Shown: positions 10,301-19,180 of the stretch, piece after piece
Numbering within the stretch: the first letter of the stretch is position 1
Layout of the letters: every line of letters begins with the position of its first letter
DNA from: Patescibacteria group bacterium
GTDB lineage: Bacteria; Patescibacteriota; Patescibacteriia; Magasanikbacterales; GWA2-37-8
Direction: 5' to 3'
Length of the DNA stretch: 64,000 bases
NCBI GenBank assembly: GCA_041649475.1
Contig: JBAZNA010000001.1
Coordinates: 611,308-675,307, forward strand
Program-made: the position numbers and the translations under genes
The notes under the pieces: model-generated
Databases searched by the model: none
Told to the model about the DNA's origin: nothing
Seen by the model: only the letters and a program-made list of their open reading frames with translations

Positions 10301-13300
10301 GGCTGACCCAAAGGTGCCATCGCCAACTCCAAGAAGAATAGAGACAATGTTGCTTGAACCTTTGGAGATGGCCAAATCCTGATAGCCGTCGCCGTTAAAA
10401 TCTCCATAAACCGTGGAAGTGGTAGTGCCACTGGTGTCATTGTCGGTGATGGTAGCGGTGACAGAAGAAACGGAGATGTTGTTATACATTACATCTGTAC
10501 TGGTGGCAGTATGAGTAATGGCGCTGGTATGATTTCCTTCTACCAAAGCATCATCTATAGCCGAAGCCATGACGGTTTGAGGAGTGTTCCAATTGGAGGA
10601 GGTAAAAGTCAGACGAGCTAAACTGGTGGTAACCTGGGTAGTGGAGGCGGTGACGGAAATATTGACATTAGCCGTGGGTTGGGAAGTAAGAACCACAGTA
10701 TAAGTATCCGTCAGGCCATTTTCGGATATATTGGTTGAACCGCCGGATTGGGTGAGAGTGACACCGGCAGTGTCATTATCAGTGTAGGTGCCTATAATAC
10801 TTTGCGTAATGAAACCTTCAAAACGGGAATCAGTGCTGGAAACAGAATGGGCAATGGTGGCAAAACGCCTTCCGGTTGCCACACTATCATCTGATGCTGT
10901 TATAGTTACTGTCTGGGGCGTATCCCAATTAGCGGAAGTAAAAGTAAGAGATGACACATCTGTTGAAATATATGAACTTATAGGGCTTACATGCACAATC
11001 ACATTGGCGGTTGGCTGACCATCAAGCACCACACTGTAAGTATCTGCTCCGCCTTCATTTATAACAGTTGATCCGCCTGATTCTGCAATCGTTACAGAAG
11101 ATGAAGTATAGGAATTAAATAATATATTAACAAGAGGATCTCCGTATCTTTCCGAAGCGGCCGCCAAATCAACCTTACCATCATGATTAAAATCAGCCGC
11201 AGTTAAAGGACCGTGATACAGGGCATAACTTGGACCACTATACGTCTTAACAAAATAAGATGTTGGGGGTGCGAAGCTCCCATTGCCATTATTTAATAAT
11301 ACATTGACTTTGCTTGAGGGAACGGCGAGATCATTTACTCCATCATTATTAAAATCAGCCGCCACCAATGAATAAAGCGCGGTAGATGTTACAGTGTAAT
11401 TTACCGAGGCCGAAAAGGTCCCGGTTGGCGTTCCATTGAGAAAAACCGCAATATAACTTAAAGAGCCGTTTGTTACGGTAGAGGCCGCCAAATCAATCTT
11501 TCCGTCATTATTTAAATCAGAAGATGTTATGTTGCGTGGGTAATAAGAGCCACTCACTGGAATACTTATACCCGACTGGAAAGTACCGTCGCCTATGCCC
11601 AGCAAAACAGTCACATTAGTACTTGAATAATTTGCAACAGCCAAATCAGTAAAACCATCTCCGTTAAAATCACCCGCAGTTATTGAATAAGGACTGGAAC
11701 TCGCGCTATAACTTACCGCGGCATTAAAGGTACCGTCACCTACACCTAAGAACACAGATACATTATTACTGGTCTTATTGGCTGTGGCCAAATCTTGTTT
11801 ATTATCTCCGTTAAAATCAGCGGCTGTTAAAGAACGGGGGTATGTGCCGGCACCATAGTTTGAAGCCGCACCAAAAGTTCCATCTCCCACGCCTAAAAGC
11901 ACAGAAACATTATTACTGTCATTATTGGCAGATGCTAAATCAATGTTATTATCTCCGTTAAAATCAGCGCTGGCCACCGAGCTTGGGCCGGTGCCTACCG
12001 CAAAGCTTGTTTTTAAACCAAAGGTGCCTGTGGCGGTACTAAGCAACACGGAAACCGTATTACTTCCATGATTGGCAACGGCTAAATCAAAATTTCCATC
12101 ATCATTAAAGTCATCATTAATCAACTGCCGATCATTATAAAACAAGTACATGGGTAAATTTCCATCTTCCGGAACATAGTGCGGAAGCACAAAATTTCCG
12201 GATCCATAATTATATAAAACAGATACATTACCATAACTATAAGCTTGAGTCACAGCAACAGCCAAATCATTTTTCCCATCATTATCAAAGTCAGCGCGGG
12301 TTATAGCTGTAACTGGACCATACAACTGATACACGGTGGAAGATCCAAAGGTTCCGTCGCCGTTGCCGAACCTGGTATCAAACGAACCATTTTCGTTGCC
12401 AACCAACAAATCTTCCTCACTATCATCATTTAAATCTGCAACTAAAAGAGAGCCGTAATAACCCCATGAACCAACACTTATTGCTGAACCCATCAAATAA
12501 TCCGTAGAAGAGGCGAAAGTGCCGTCACCTGCTCCTAAAAGAATGGAAACTGTGTTACTAACAAAACTGGCCGCGGCTATATCCATTTTTCCGTCGTCAT
12601 TAAAATCATTAGTTTTTACATCTTTTGCATAAGGGTTGACTATAAAATAAGTTGATGAATTAAACGTGCCGTCTCCATTTCCCAAAAGAACAGCCACCGA
12701 ACTACTTGTATAAGTAGACACCACCAAATCAACCTTATTATCACCGTTAAAATCAGCTGTAGTCGCATAATACGGATTTCCTACCAGGGTATAATTTACA
12801 GCTGACTGGAAAGTGCCGTCGCCTCTATTCAATAAAACCGAAACCGAAGGAGTGACTTGGGTAAGGTTTGGCACCGCTATATCAGGATAGCCGTCATTAT
12901 TAAAATCGTCTGATACTAAATGCCAAGGATAAGTAACTACCGAATAATTGCTGGCCGCCAAAAAACTACCGTCTCCCCTGCCCAAAAAAATTGAAACATT
13001 GCCGGCACCTCTGTTAGCGGTGGCCAAGTCCATATACCCGTCTAAATTGAAGTCATCCGCGATAACCCCCGTTGTTCCCTCACCACTCTGTGAAGTCGAA
13101 GTTGCCAGAAAGGTACCATCCCCTTGATTTAAATAAATATGAAGAGTATCGGTATCATCAAAAGGAACGGCCACATCAATTTTCCCATCACCATTAAAAT
13201 CACCGCTGGCAATGGTGGTTATATAGCCGATCCCTGATCCGAGAGTAATATCATCCCTAGTTTTGAATACCTCCGCGGCTGCCCACACATACCCCACCGA

Positions 13301-13396
13301 TGCCAAAATTACCGCATACATAAAAATAGCCAAAAAAATGGCTGCGGCTTTTTGTTTTACATCTGTATAATCCTTAATCGGCTTAAAAGCAGTCAT
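7304..13396 (-). CDS. Large surface protein: FG-GAP/VCBS-type repeats, Calx-beta/Ig-like spacers, C-terminal peptidoglycan-binding domains
   Basis: N-terminal TM/signal; many DFNxDGxxDLAVAN..VSVLLGxGDGTF repeats; LTFTSxNWxTPQTV spacers; LQLGSSGTDVKVLQ..TGYF..TKKAVQRFQ PG_binding_1-like ends. Confidence 0.9.
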   Translation of the reverse strand: MTAFKPIKDYTDVKQKAAAIFLAIFMYAVILASVGYVWAAAEVFKTRDDITLGSGIGYITTIASGDFNGDGKIDVAVPFDDTDTLHIYLNQGDGTFLATSTSQSGEGTTGVIADDFNLDGYMDLATANRGAGNVSIFLGRGDGSFLAASNYSVVTYPWHLVSDDFNNDGYPDIAVPNLTQVTPSVSVLLNRGDGTFQSAVNYTLVGNPYYATTADFNGDNKVDLVVSTYTSSSVAVLLGNGDGTFNSSTYFIVNPYAKDVKTNDFNDDGKMDIAAASFVSNTVSILLGAGDGTFASSTDYLMGSAISVGSWGYYGSLLVADLNDDSEEDLLVGNENGSFDTRFGNGDGTFGSSTVYQLYGPVTAITRADFDNDGKNDLAVAVTQAYSYGNVSVLYNYGSGNFVLPHYVPEDGNLPMYLFYNDRQLINDDFNDDGNFDLAVANHGSNTVSVLLSTATGTFGLKTSFAVGTGPSSVASADFNGDNNIDLASANNDSNNVSVLLGVGDGTFGAASNYGAGTYPRSLTAADFNGDNKQDLATANKTSNNVSVFLGVGDGTFNAAVSYSASSSPYSITAGDFNGDGFTDLAVANYSSTNVTVLLGIGDGTFQSGISIPVSGSYYPRNITSSDLNNDGKIDLAASTVTNGSLSYIAVFLNGTPTGTFSASVNYTVTSTALYSLVAADFNNDGVNDLAVPSSKVNVLLNNGNGSFAPPTSYFVKTYSGPSYALYHGPLTAADFNHDGKVDLAAASERYGDPLVNILFNSYTSSSVTIAESGGSTVINEGGADTYSVVLDGQPTANVIVHVSPISSYISTDVSSLTFTSANWDTPQTVTITASDDSVATGRRFATIAHSVSSTDSRFEGFITQSIIGTYTDNDTAGVTLTQSGGSTNISENGLTDTYTVVLTSQPTANVNISVTASTTQVTTSLARLTFTSSNWNTPQTVMASAIDDALVEGNHTSAITHTATSTDVMYNNISVSSVTATITDNDTSGTTTSTVYGDFNGDGYQDLAISKGSSNIVSILLGVGDGTFGSAVNYNVSTSPKAIVLGYFNSDSYLDLAVANSGSDNISILLGVGNGTFGTATNYTVSSSPYSVTTGDFNVDGKTDLAVANYGSDNVSVLFGVGNGTFGSVTNYSVNSKPISIISADFNSDNKNDLAVANFSSSTVSILLNSSVTGTFSAAVNYNIGDGTFPYSITTYDFNSDNLYDIVTANSASNTVSILLNSGSGTFTLQNTTYAVGASPRSITNYDLNGDGKRDLITSNYSANTISTLFGTGIGTFATSTAYSLGTKPLTVLTTDFSGDFWPDIVVADSSASSYSILIGNRGGLFSSSLFADPVAYDVDSYPVHTVAADFNEDGNTDLVVGSLLTGTLTVVLGNGDGSFSALGSVPMETYVGGMAVSDFNSDGHLDLAFANYTAGTVSVVFGNGDGTFRDLTPYGAASGGLWVTTADVNGDNKSDLIEGDFVGTDVYVLLNNGNGTFGSATNYTVGMGIVTVSAADLNSDGKIDLIAPSGMGSTVSVLLGNGNGTFGAATPYTVGAGPFYTATTDFNGDGYFDLAVANNNTLYDSSNPGTTVSILLNNGNGTFGSATNYTVGTSPTGIASEDFNEDGNEDLAVANIGSGGNGSVSVLLGLGNGTFGSATTYAIGGQVYWVTADDLNKDSKPDLAVVDFTGSLSILLNTHTTGAGVTVSQKASTNVWEDGMTDTFSIVLAAQPSASVIITVSAPTSTQMVFYPSTLTFTSTTWYTAQTVTMAANGSTFTGNHNVTISNTASSSDSGYEGIAIVSIPVTIHKNGGGGPSVVFPISSGSGAVLSTSSLSTSTLFNLFSTSTNQQNNNNSNTNLTTTTSTPITVVTSVLSDLSKLILSTVFGRNLYVGNIGYDVKILQNILSEIPGIYPQKLKTGYYGPLTKNAVKNYQTANTIASTTIGRFDTITRGYLTKTYQLPTSSPKYLFTRSLQLGSSGTDVKVLQTILAQNKAIYPEAKITGYFDSATKKAVQRFQLKYKITSPSIYGYGIFGPKTRAKIVEMMR
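8614..8665. repeat. 52-bp exact intragenic direct repeat, copy 1 (copy 2 at 8932-8983)
   Basis: TGCCAACCGTATAATTTGTCGCCGAACCAAAGGTGCCATTGCCGTTGTTTAA occurs twice. Confidence 0.9.
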
Positions 13397-13419
13397 AAAA
13401 GCTGCACTTTTATGTATAT

Positions 13420-13442
13420 ATTATAGCACAATTTTATCCACA
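13420..13442 (-). promoter_or_regulatory. Extended -10 (TGCTATAAT) for the FG-GAP gene with an adjacent consensus DnaA box
   Basis: ATTATAGCA at 13420-13428; TTATCCACA at 13434-13442. Confidence 0.5.
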
Positions 13443-13505
13443 AAAAAATCCCCTACTCTTGGGGAAATTATGTTAGGGAAGATTTTGCTAAATAAGATTT
13501 ATTCT

Positions 13506-13871
13506 CTACTGCTTTGCCACTGTCACATCCTTTATGCCGACACTCAAATACTTTATCCCGCCGGCCGCCACCATATCCATCTTTGCCAATCTTTCCTGTA
13601 TATTGCTTAGCGAACTATTTTCGGCGATTTGGATGTTGGTTTTTTCAATGTCCTGTTCCAGAGCCGCGGTTTGTGTTTCCAATTTGTGCAATTCATAGCC
13701 GCTGGTGGTTGAAGATGTAGTTTTAAATACATAAGCAGCACCAACAAGCACAATCACTCCCACAAAAACAAAACGAATCGTATTTCCATCAATCCATTTG
13801 GGCAAACTCAAAAATCGTAAAGCATTGATGAAATTATGATATTTGAATTGAATTTGCCTTTTAATAGTCAT
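13506..13871 (-). CDS. FtsL-like cell division protein
   Basis: Single TM followed by a coiled coil (GYELHKLETQTAALEQ); overlaps the rsmH stop, the canonical ftsL position. Confidence 0.75.
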   Translation of the reverse strand: MTIKRQIQFKYHNFINALRFLSLPKWIDGNTIRFVFVGVIVLVGAAYVFKTTSSTTSGYELHKLETQTAALEQDIEKTNIQIAENSSLSNIQERLAKMDMVAAGGIKYLSVGIKDVTVAKQ

Positions 13872-14776
13872 AATTTTTCTATTATGCGTAGTTTCGCGCT
13901 TCTTGATTTGGGATTATTTTTTACCTCCTCACTTGTCGGCGCAATTGGTTTTTTATTAATTAATTTGGCTGTTTTTGCCCCCGCGAAATATTGTTTTACG
14001 ATTCTGTCTTCGAGCGAATGAAAACTGATTACTGCCAGTCGTCCGCCCGGAGCCAGAATTTCAATTGCTTGCGGCAATGTATTTTTTAAATTTTCCAGTT
14101 CATGATTGACTTCTATGCGCAAGGCCTGAAAGATCTTTGTGGCCGGGTGTATATCGCCTATTCGCGGCACATCCTTATCAGTGTGTAACTCTTGCCTATA
14201 AACCTCTAAAATCGTTTCCACCAGCTGGCCAACCTTTTCAAACGGAACTTGTTTTCTTTTTTCTTTTATGGCCTGGGCAATTTCCGCACTGAATTTTTCT
14301 TCTCCGTATAATTTGAAAATTTTATTTAAATCAACTTGACTGTAAGTGTTTAAAATTTCGGCGGCTGTCAGCGATCCGTTTTGTTTAATTTCATAGCGCA
14401 TGTCCAGCGGTTCATCCGGCAAATTGAAGCTCAATCCTCTGCCCCGCTCTTCAAACTGCGGCGTTGACCAGCCCAAATCCATTAAAATCCCGTTAACTTC
14501 AAAGAACTTATTTTCTTCAGCTATTTTTTTTAAATTTGTAAAATTGTCTCTGATTAAAATCGCCCGCTCTTGCCAACTGTATAAAAACCTTTTTGCCCGC
14601 AGAACCGCTTCAATATCCGCGTCTATTCCGAGCAATCTTCCGTTCGGCCCGATACGCTCCAAAATCGCTTCGCTGTGGCCCGCATCCCCTAAAGTACAAT
14701 CCACAATATTCGCCCCGGGCTTTAAAGCCAGTGCCTCAATCGCCTCCTTTAGTAATACGGGGACATGGCGGCTCAT
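13868..14776 (-). CDS. rsmH: 16S rRNA (cytosine1402-N4)-methyltransferase
   Basis: HVPVLL, DCTLGDAGH, PLDMR, FQALRIEVN, ISFHSLEDRIVK, NPKSRSAKLR. Confidence 0.97.
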   Translation of the reverse strand: MSRHVPVLLKEAIEALALKPGANIVDCTLGDAGHSEAILERIGPNGRLLGIDADIEAVLRAKRFLYSWQERAILIRDNFTNLKKIAEENKFFEVNGILMDLGWSTPQFEERGRGLSFNLPDEPLDMRYEIKQNGSLTAAEILNTYSQVDLNKIFKLYGEEKFSAEIAQAIKEKRKQVPFEKVGQLVETILEVYRQELHTDKDVPRIGDIHPATKIFQALRIEVNHELENLKNTLPQAIEILAPGGRLAVISFHSLEDRIVKQYFAGAKTAKLINKKPIAPTSEEVKNNPKSRSAKLRIIEKL

Positions 14777-14789
14777 AATTTGGAAAAAA

Positions 14790-15221
14790 TTAAACTCCCA
14801 ACTCGGCCATTCGTTCGGCGATAGCGCCGCTTTCGGCTTCGGTTGTGCCTTTATACTTTGACCAGTTCTCCTGGTCCCAAATTTCCAATCGATTGTAAAG
14901 ACCGGCAATAACCACTGATTTTTTTAAACTTGCGAACTTTCTTAAATATTCCGGCAGGATCGCCCGGCCCTGCGAGTCAAGATCAACATCCATGGCTCCG
15001 GCCAGCATCAGGCGTGAAAACGCGCGGCTGTTGGCCTGGCTGATCGGGAGTGCGGCTAATTTTTCCGCCAACTTCGCCCATTCGGTTTTTGTATAAAGAA
15101 ATAAACAATTGTCTAACCCTCTGGTGACCACCGCGCCCTTTGCCAATTCACGTCTAAACTTGGCCGGTATTGCCAGCCGTCCTTTGTCATCAAGATTATG
15201 TGCATATTCTCCAATAAACAT
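14790..15221 (-). CDS. mraZ: Division/cell wall cluster transcriptional repressor MraZ
   Basis: MFIGEYAHNLDDKGRLAIPAKFR, DLDSQGRAILP, RLEIWD. Confidence 0.97.
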   Translation of the reverse strand: MFIGEYAHNLDDKGRLAIPAKFRRELAKGAVVTRGLDNCLFLYTKTEWAKLAEKLAALPISQANSRAFSRLMLAGAMDVDLDSQGRAILPEYLRKFASLKKSVVIAGLYNRLEIWDQENWSKYKGTTEAESGAIAERMAELGV

Positions 15222-15252
15222 ACCGGGCAATAAATTTTGTGGGATATGTTGT

Positions 15253-15305
15253 CCCCACTTTTTTCCACCTATTCCCATTTTACTCCACTACAAAACACAA
15301 GTCAA
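15253..15305 (-). promoter_or_regulatory. mraZ promoter with four MraZ boxes
   Basis: Minus strand TTGACT-N17-TAAAAT; (G/A)TGG repeats at an exact 10-bp period (15285, 15275, 15265, 15255) overlapping the -10. Confidence 0.8.
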
Positions 15306-15349
15306 CAATATCCACCAAAATTATACCGCTAAATTTTGGCTAAAATATA

Positions 15350-15379
15350 ACAAAACAGTCCCGACTTAGTCGGGACTGT
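15350..15379 (-). terminator. Hairpin terminator downstream of the MBL-fold gene
   Basis: ACAGTCCCGAC-TTA-GTCGGGACTGT perfect 11-bp stem followed by T-rich sequence on the minus strand. Confidence 0.7.
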
Positions 15380-15401
15380 GGATAAGTAACCAAATTTTTT
15401 G

Positions 15402-16757
15402 CTAAACCTCAACCTCTAACCCAAAATTCACCACTGTCGCCTTCACGCCCAAATCCCCTGTCAATCTCTTTGCCAGCGCTTCAGACGCATTCGGTTCGCC
15501 GTGATTTATAAAAACTTTTTTTGGCAGAGATGTTCCGCCGCCGACCCAATCCAATAATTTATTCTGATCGCCGTGCGCGGATAAGGCGCCAATCGCTTTC
15601 ACCTGGCAGTGCACCGGAATTCTCTCGCCCATAATCTCCACCGGCGACTCGCCGTCCAAAATCCGGCGGCCCAAAGTTCCCTGGGATTGATAACCCACAA
15701 TCAACAAAGAATTTCTTTCATCAGACAAATAACGCATGGCATGATGCACTATGCGTCCGCCGTTCATCATACCGGCACCGGCGATAATTATTTTCGCGCC
15801 GGGCGTTTGATTTATGCGTTTTGATTCTTCTTTGGTTTCGGTCATCATCAGGCCCGGAAATTGGAACAAATCATCCCCGTCTTTAAATAATTTTTCCGCT
15901 TCTTCGTCATAATACTCCGGAAACTCACGATAAACTTTGGTGGCATTTATGGCCAAGGGACTGTCCAAATATATCGGCACACGCGGCAACCTTTGTTTTC
16001 TATCAACCAAATCATTTAAATCATACAAAAGCTCCTGGGTTCTTTCCAAAGAAAAAGACGGGATCATCAAAACCCCGCCGCGGCCCAAACCGTTTATAAC
16101 CAAATTTTCAATTAACTGTTGTCTTGCCTCGGTTGATTCATGCAATCTGTCGCCATAAGTTGATTCACACACTAAAGCATCCACATCAGCCGGTAAAATT
16201 TCCGTATCCCGCAGAATCGGCACATTAACATTGCCGATGTCGCCGGAAAAAACAACTCTTTTTCCTTCGGTTTCAAACAAAACAAAAGCCGAACCAAAAA
16301 TATGGCCGGCATCAAAAAACTTGAATCTTATGTCCGGAGCCAACTCAAACTCCTCTCCGTAATCAACCTCTTTAAACTGTTGCATCACAGCCGCTATATC
16401 CGGCTCTTCATACAAAACCTTGTGTCCGAATTTGCGCTGGTTATAATTCATCACCTCTAAAGCGTCCTCCAAAATAAGGCGGGTCAGCTCAATTGTGGCC
16501 GGAGTAGCATAAAAAAATCTGGTGTAGCCGCCCTTTATGAGCAATGGCAGACGGCCAACATGATCCAAATGAGAATGGGTTACAATCACTGCCGATAATT
16601 CCTTGGGGTCAAATCCAAGCGGATTAAAATTTTTCTCTTCATTGAATTGACCACCCTGAAACATTCCGCAATCAATTAAAATCTTCTGCCCGCCGGCTTC
16701 AAACAAATTGCAGGACCCGGTTACCTCCCTGGCCGCGCCGTAAAAGGATATTTTCAT
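15402..16757 (-). CDS. MBL-fold beta-CASP ribonuclease
   Basis: GAAREVTGS, THSHLDHVG, AGHIFGS, ESTYGDR, AGAGMMNGGR, LSAHGD, NHGE. Confidence 0.93.
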   Translation of the reverse strand: MKISFYGAAREVTGSCNLFEAGGQKILIDCGMFQGGQFNEEKNFNPLGFDPKELSAVIVTHSHLDHVGRLPLLIKGGYTRFFYATPATIELTRLILEDALEVMNYNQRKFGHKVLYEEPDIAAVMQQFKEVDYGEEFELAPDIRFKFFDAGHIFGSAFVLFETEGKRVVFSGDIGNVNVPILRDTEILPADVDALVCESTYGDRLHESTEARQQLIENLVINGLGRGGVLMIPSFSLERTQELLYDLNDLVDRKQRLPRVPIYLDSPLAINATKVYREFPEYYDEEAEKLFKDGDDLFQFPGLMMTETKEESKRINQTPGAKIIIAGAGMMNGGRIVHHAMRYLSDERNSLLIVGYQSQGTLGRRILDGESPVEIMGERIPVHCQVKAIGALSAHGDQNKLLDWVGGGTSLPKKVFINHGEPNASEALAKRLTGDLGVKATVVNFGLEVEV

Positions 16758-16839
16758 AGTTTGTGCATATCTTTACCTTTGAACTATCTTACATTAAAAA
16801 TCTATACAAATCAATATCTTTTTGTTATAATATTTCCAT

Positions 16840-17538
16840 ATGCGACGTAATATCGATAATATTGAGATTGTTGAACCGCCATTTGAAGAACTGACAAAAA
16901 AATATTCCACCTTTTCCGCGGTTAAACGCACTTGTCTGGCCGGTTGCGGCTGTTTGGTTATCTTTATAATCGGGATAATTATTTTATTAAAAGTTTTAAT
17001 GGGCGCCGGGCCGCAAAATCTTAGCAAGGTGCCGGCCAATTTTCCTGCTGATATACCTGTCTATGATAAAGACAGTATTCAAAGAATCACCTACGTTTCC
17101 GGAAATTATAAAAACAAAGGCATAGAAATCGCGGCGATTTTTCCAAAAATAATTCTGTCTCCCCTGCTGATGTCTCTGGAAAACAAGCAACCGGCCAGTT
17201 CCACAAATAGTGGTGGATTTTCCATTGGCAATCTGTGGCAGTTGCTTACAGCACCGATAAGCGACCACCGGGACACGGTTCAAATAGAATGGCGGAGTTT
17301 GGCTGCCGACCCGTTCTTTATCGTCGGATATTACAAAACCGAACTGCAAAAAAATAATTACAATATAGATCTGGAAAGCGAAGGCAATGATGTCAGACAA
17401 TTTTCTTTTAGCCGCGGCGACATAAACGGTTCTCTTTATGTGGAAAGTGGCGGCGGAAAAGCCGGCACCAATGATATGATTTTAACGGTCAATATCGGCA
17501 GCGGGGTTGCCACCGGTACGCCCGCAAGCGCGCCTTAA
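16840..17538 (+). CDS. Hypothetical single-pass membrane protein
   Basis: 232-aa ORF, CLAGCGCL followed by a TM helix and a VPANFPADIPVY extracellular domain; abuts murJ. Confidence 0.75.
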   Translation: MRRNIDNIEIVEPPFEELTKKYSTFSAVKRTCLAGCGCLVIFIIGIIILLKVLMGAGPQNLSKVPANFPADIPVYDKDSIQRITYVSGNYKNKGIEIAAIFPKIILSPLLMSLENKQPASSTNSGGFSIGNLWQLLTAPISDHRDTVQIEWRSLAADPFFIVGYYKTELQKNNYNIDLESEGNDVRQFSFSRGDINGSLYVESGGGKAGTNDMILTVNIGSGVATGTPASAP

Positions 17539-17539
17539 T

Positions 17540-19159
17540 ATGCTGGGAAAATTTTTGAACGGACAATCAAAAAGCATAACCGGCGCGGCCATAATTATTG
17601 CCGCGGCCACCTTGCTTAGCCGCGTAGTCGGTCTTTTTCGCGATCGAATTTTTGCCCATTATTTTGGCGCCGGCCCGACTATGGATGCCTACTATGCCGC
17701 GTTCAAAATTCCCGATTTGGTTTACAGTTTGCTTATTGTCGGCGCTTTAAGCGCGGGTTTCATTCCCACTTTCACAAAATTATTTACCAATAGCGACGAT
17801 AAGTCCCCGGCATGGCAATTAGCCAATAATGTTTTAAACATTACCGCTGTTTGCTTGGCCGGATTAAGTTTGTTGGGGATAATTTTCACTCCGTTTATTG
17901 CTCCTCTAATTGCTCCGGGGTTTTCTTCCGCAACCAGAGATTTGGTGGTTAATTTTACCAGGATAATGTTCGGTTCAACATTTTTGCTCGGACTATCAAT
18001 GGTAGTGGGCGGAATTTTGCAATCTCTGCGCAGTTTTGTATTGTATTCTTTGGCGCCGATATTTTATAATCTGGGCATTATCTTAGGCGTGGTTGTCCTG
18101 GTACCGGCCATGGGTATAACCGGCTTGGCCTGGGGTGTTGTTTTGGGTGCGGCTCTACACTTTGGAGTGCAAACCTTTAGCGCTTACGCCAACGGCTATC
18201 GTTGGAAATGGGTTTTAAACTGGAAAGATAAAAACACAAATTTGATCTGGCGGCTGATGATTCCGCGCACTATGGGTTTGGCCATCAGCCAAATTAACTT
18301 GGTTATCGTAACTATTTTGGCATCGCTCTTACCGGTTGGCAGCGTGGCCATTTTTAATTACGCCAATAATTTACAAGGCGTGCCCACCGGCATTATCGGC
18401 ATTCCTTTTGCTTTAGCCGTATTCCCGGTGCTCTCCGCGGCCATTGCCAAAAATGACAAAGAAGAATTTATAAAAAATTTATCTTCCACCATCAGACAAA
18501 TTTTATTTTTAATTATTCCGATTTCAATAGTTGTTTTACTTTTGCGCGCCCAGTTGGTTCGGGTAATTTTAGGCAGTGGTGAATTTGATTGGACCGCCAC
18601 CATACACACAGCCAATGCCCTGGCGCTGTTTGCCTTAAGCTTATTCGCACAATCTTTAATCCCGTTATTCGCCCGGGCCTTTTACGCTTTATCAAATACA
18701 AAAACACCGTTTATAATCGGAGTTATATCTGAATTAATCAGTATCATTTCGGCGTTAGTATTAATGAAGCCGTTGGGGGTCTCCGGATTGGCTTTGGCAT
18801 TTTCTATCGGATCGATTTTAAACTTTTTCATGCTGGCCATTGCCCTGCGCGGGGTTTATAAAACGCTTGATGAAGAAAAAATATTCGCTTCATTTTTTAG
18901 AATCGCGATTGCGGCTATTCCCATGGCTCTGGTTATACAACTGCTGAAATATCCGCTGGCTGATATTTTTGATCAAACCCATTTTTGGGGCATTTTCGGA
19001 CAGGGATTTGTGGCGGGAATAGCCGGTCTGGCGGTTTATGTGGTTTTATGTTATATATTGAAAGTACCCGAACTTATACAACTAAAAGACAGTTTAAAAA
19101 AGCGCTGGTTACAGGCCAGGAATATCCCGACTGAAGAATCAATTACTAGCGGGGAATAA
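17540..19159 (+). CDS. murJ: Lipid II flippase MurJ (MviN)
   Basis: LSRVVGLFRD..FAHYFGAG..DAYYAAFKIPD, RAFYALSNTKTP; many TM helices. Confidence 0.96.
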   Translation: MLGKFLNGQSKSITGAAIIIAAATLLSRVVGLFRDRIFAHYFGAGPTMDAYYAAFKIPDLVYSLLIVGALSAGFIPTFTKLFTNSDDKSPAWQLANNVLNITAVCLAGLSLLGIIFTPFIAPLIAPGFSSATRDLVVNFTRIMFGSTFLLGLSMVVGGILQSLRSFVLYSLAPIFYNLGIILGVVVLVPAMGITGLAWGVVLGAALHFGVQTFSAYANGYRWKWVLNWKDKNTNLIWRLMIPRTMGLAISQINLVIVTILASLLPVGSVAIFNYANNLQGVPTGIIGIPFALAVFPVLSAAIAKNDKEEFIKNLSSTIRQILFLIIPISIVVLLLRAQLVRVILGSGEFDWTATIHTANALALFALSLFAQSLIPLFARAFYALSNTKTPFIIGVISELISIISALVLMKPLGVSGLALAFSIGSILNFFMLAIALRGVYKTLDEEKIFASFFRIAIAAIPMALVIQLLKYPLADIFDQTHFWGIFGQGFVAGIAGLAVYVVLCYILKVPELIQLKDSLKKRWLQARNIPTEESITSGE

Positions 19160-19180
19160 GGCGGGTGAAGAATAGAAAAC

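Noticed and set aside
14777-15278. N-terminal extensions of rsmH and mraZ in the ORF track (similarly hrcA, grpE, dnaJ, murJ, Clp)
   Set aside because: They come from upstream alternative start codons overlapping neighbours or operators; family homology begins at the downstream ATG
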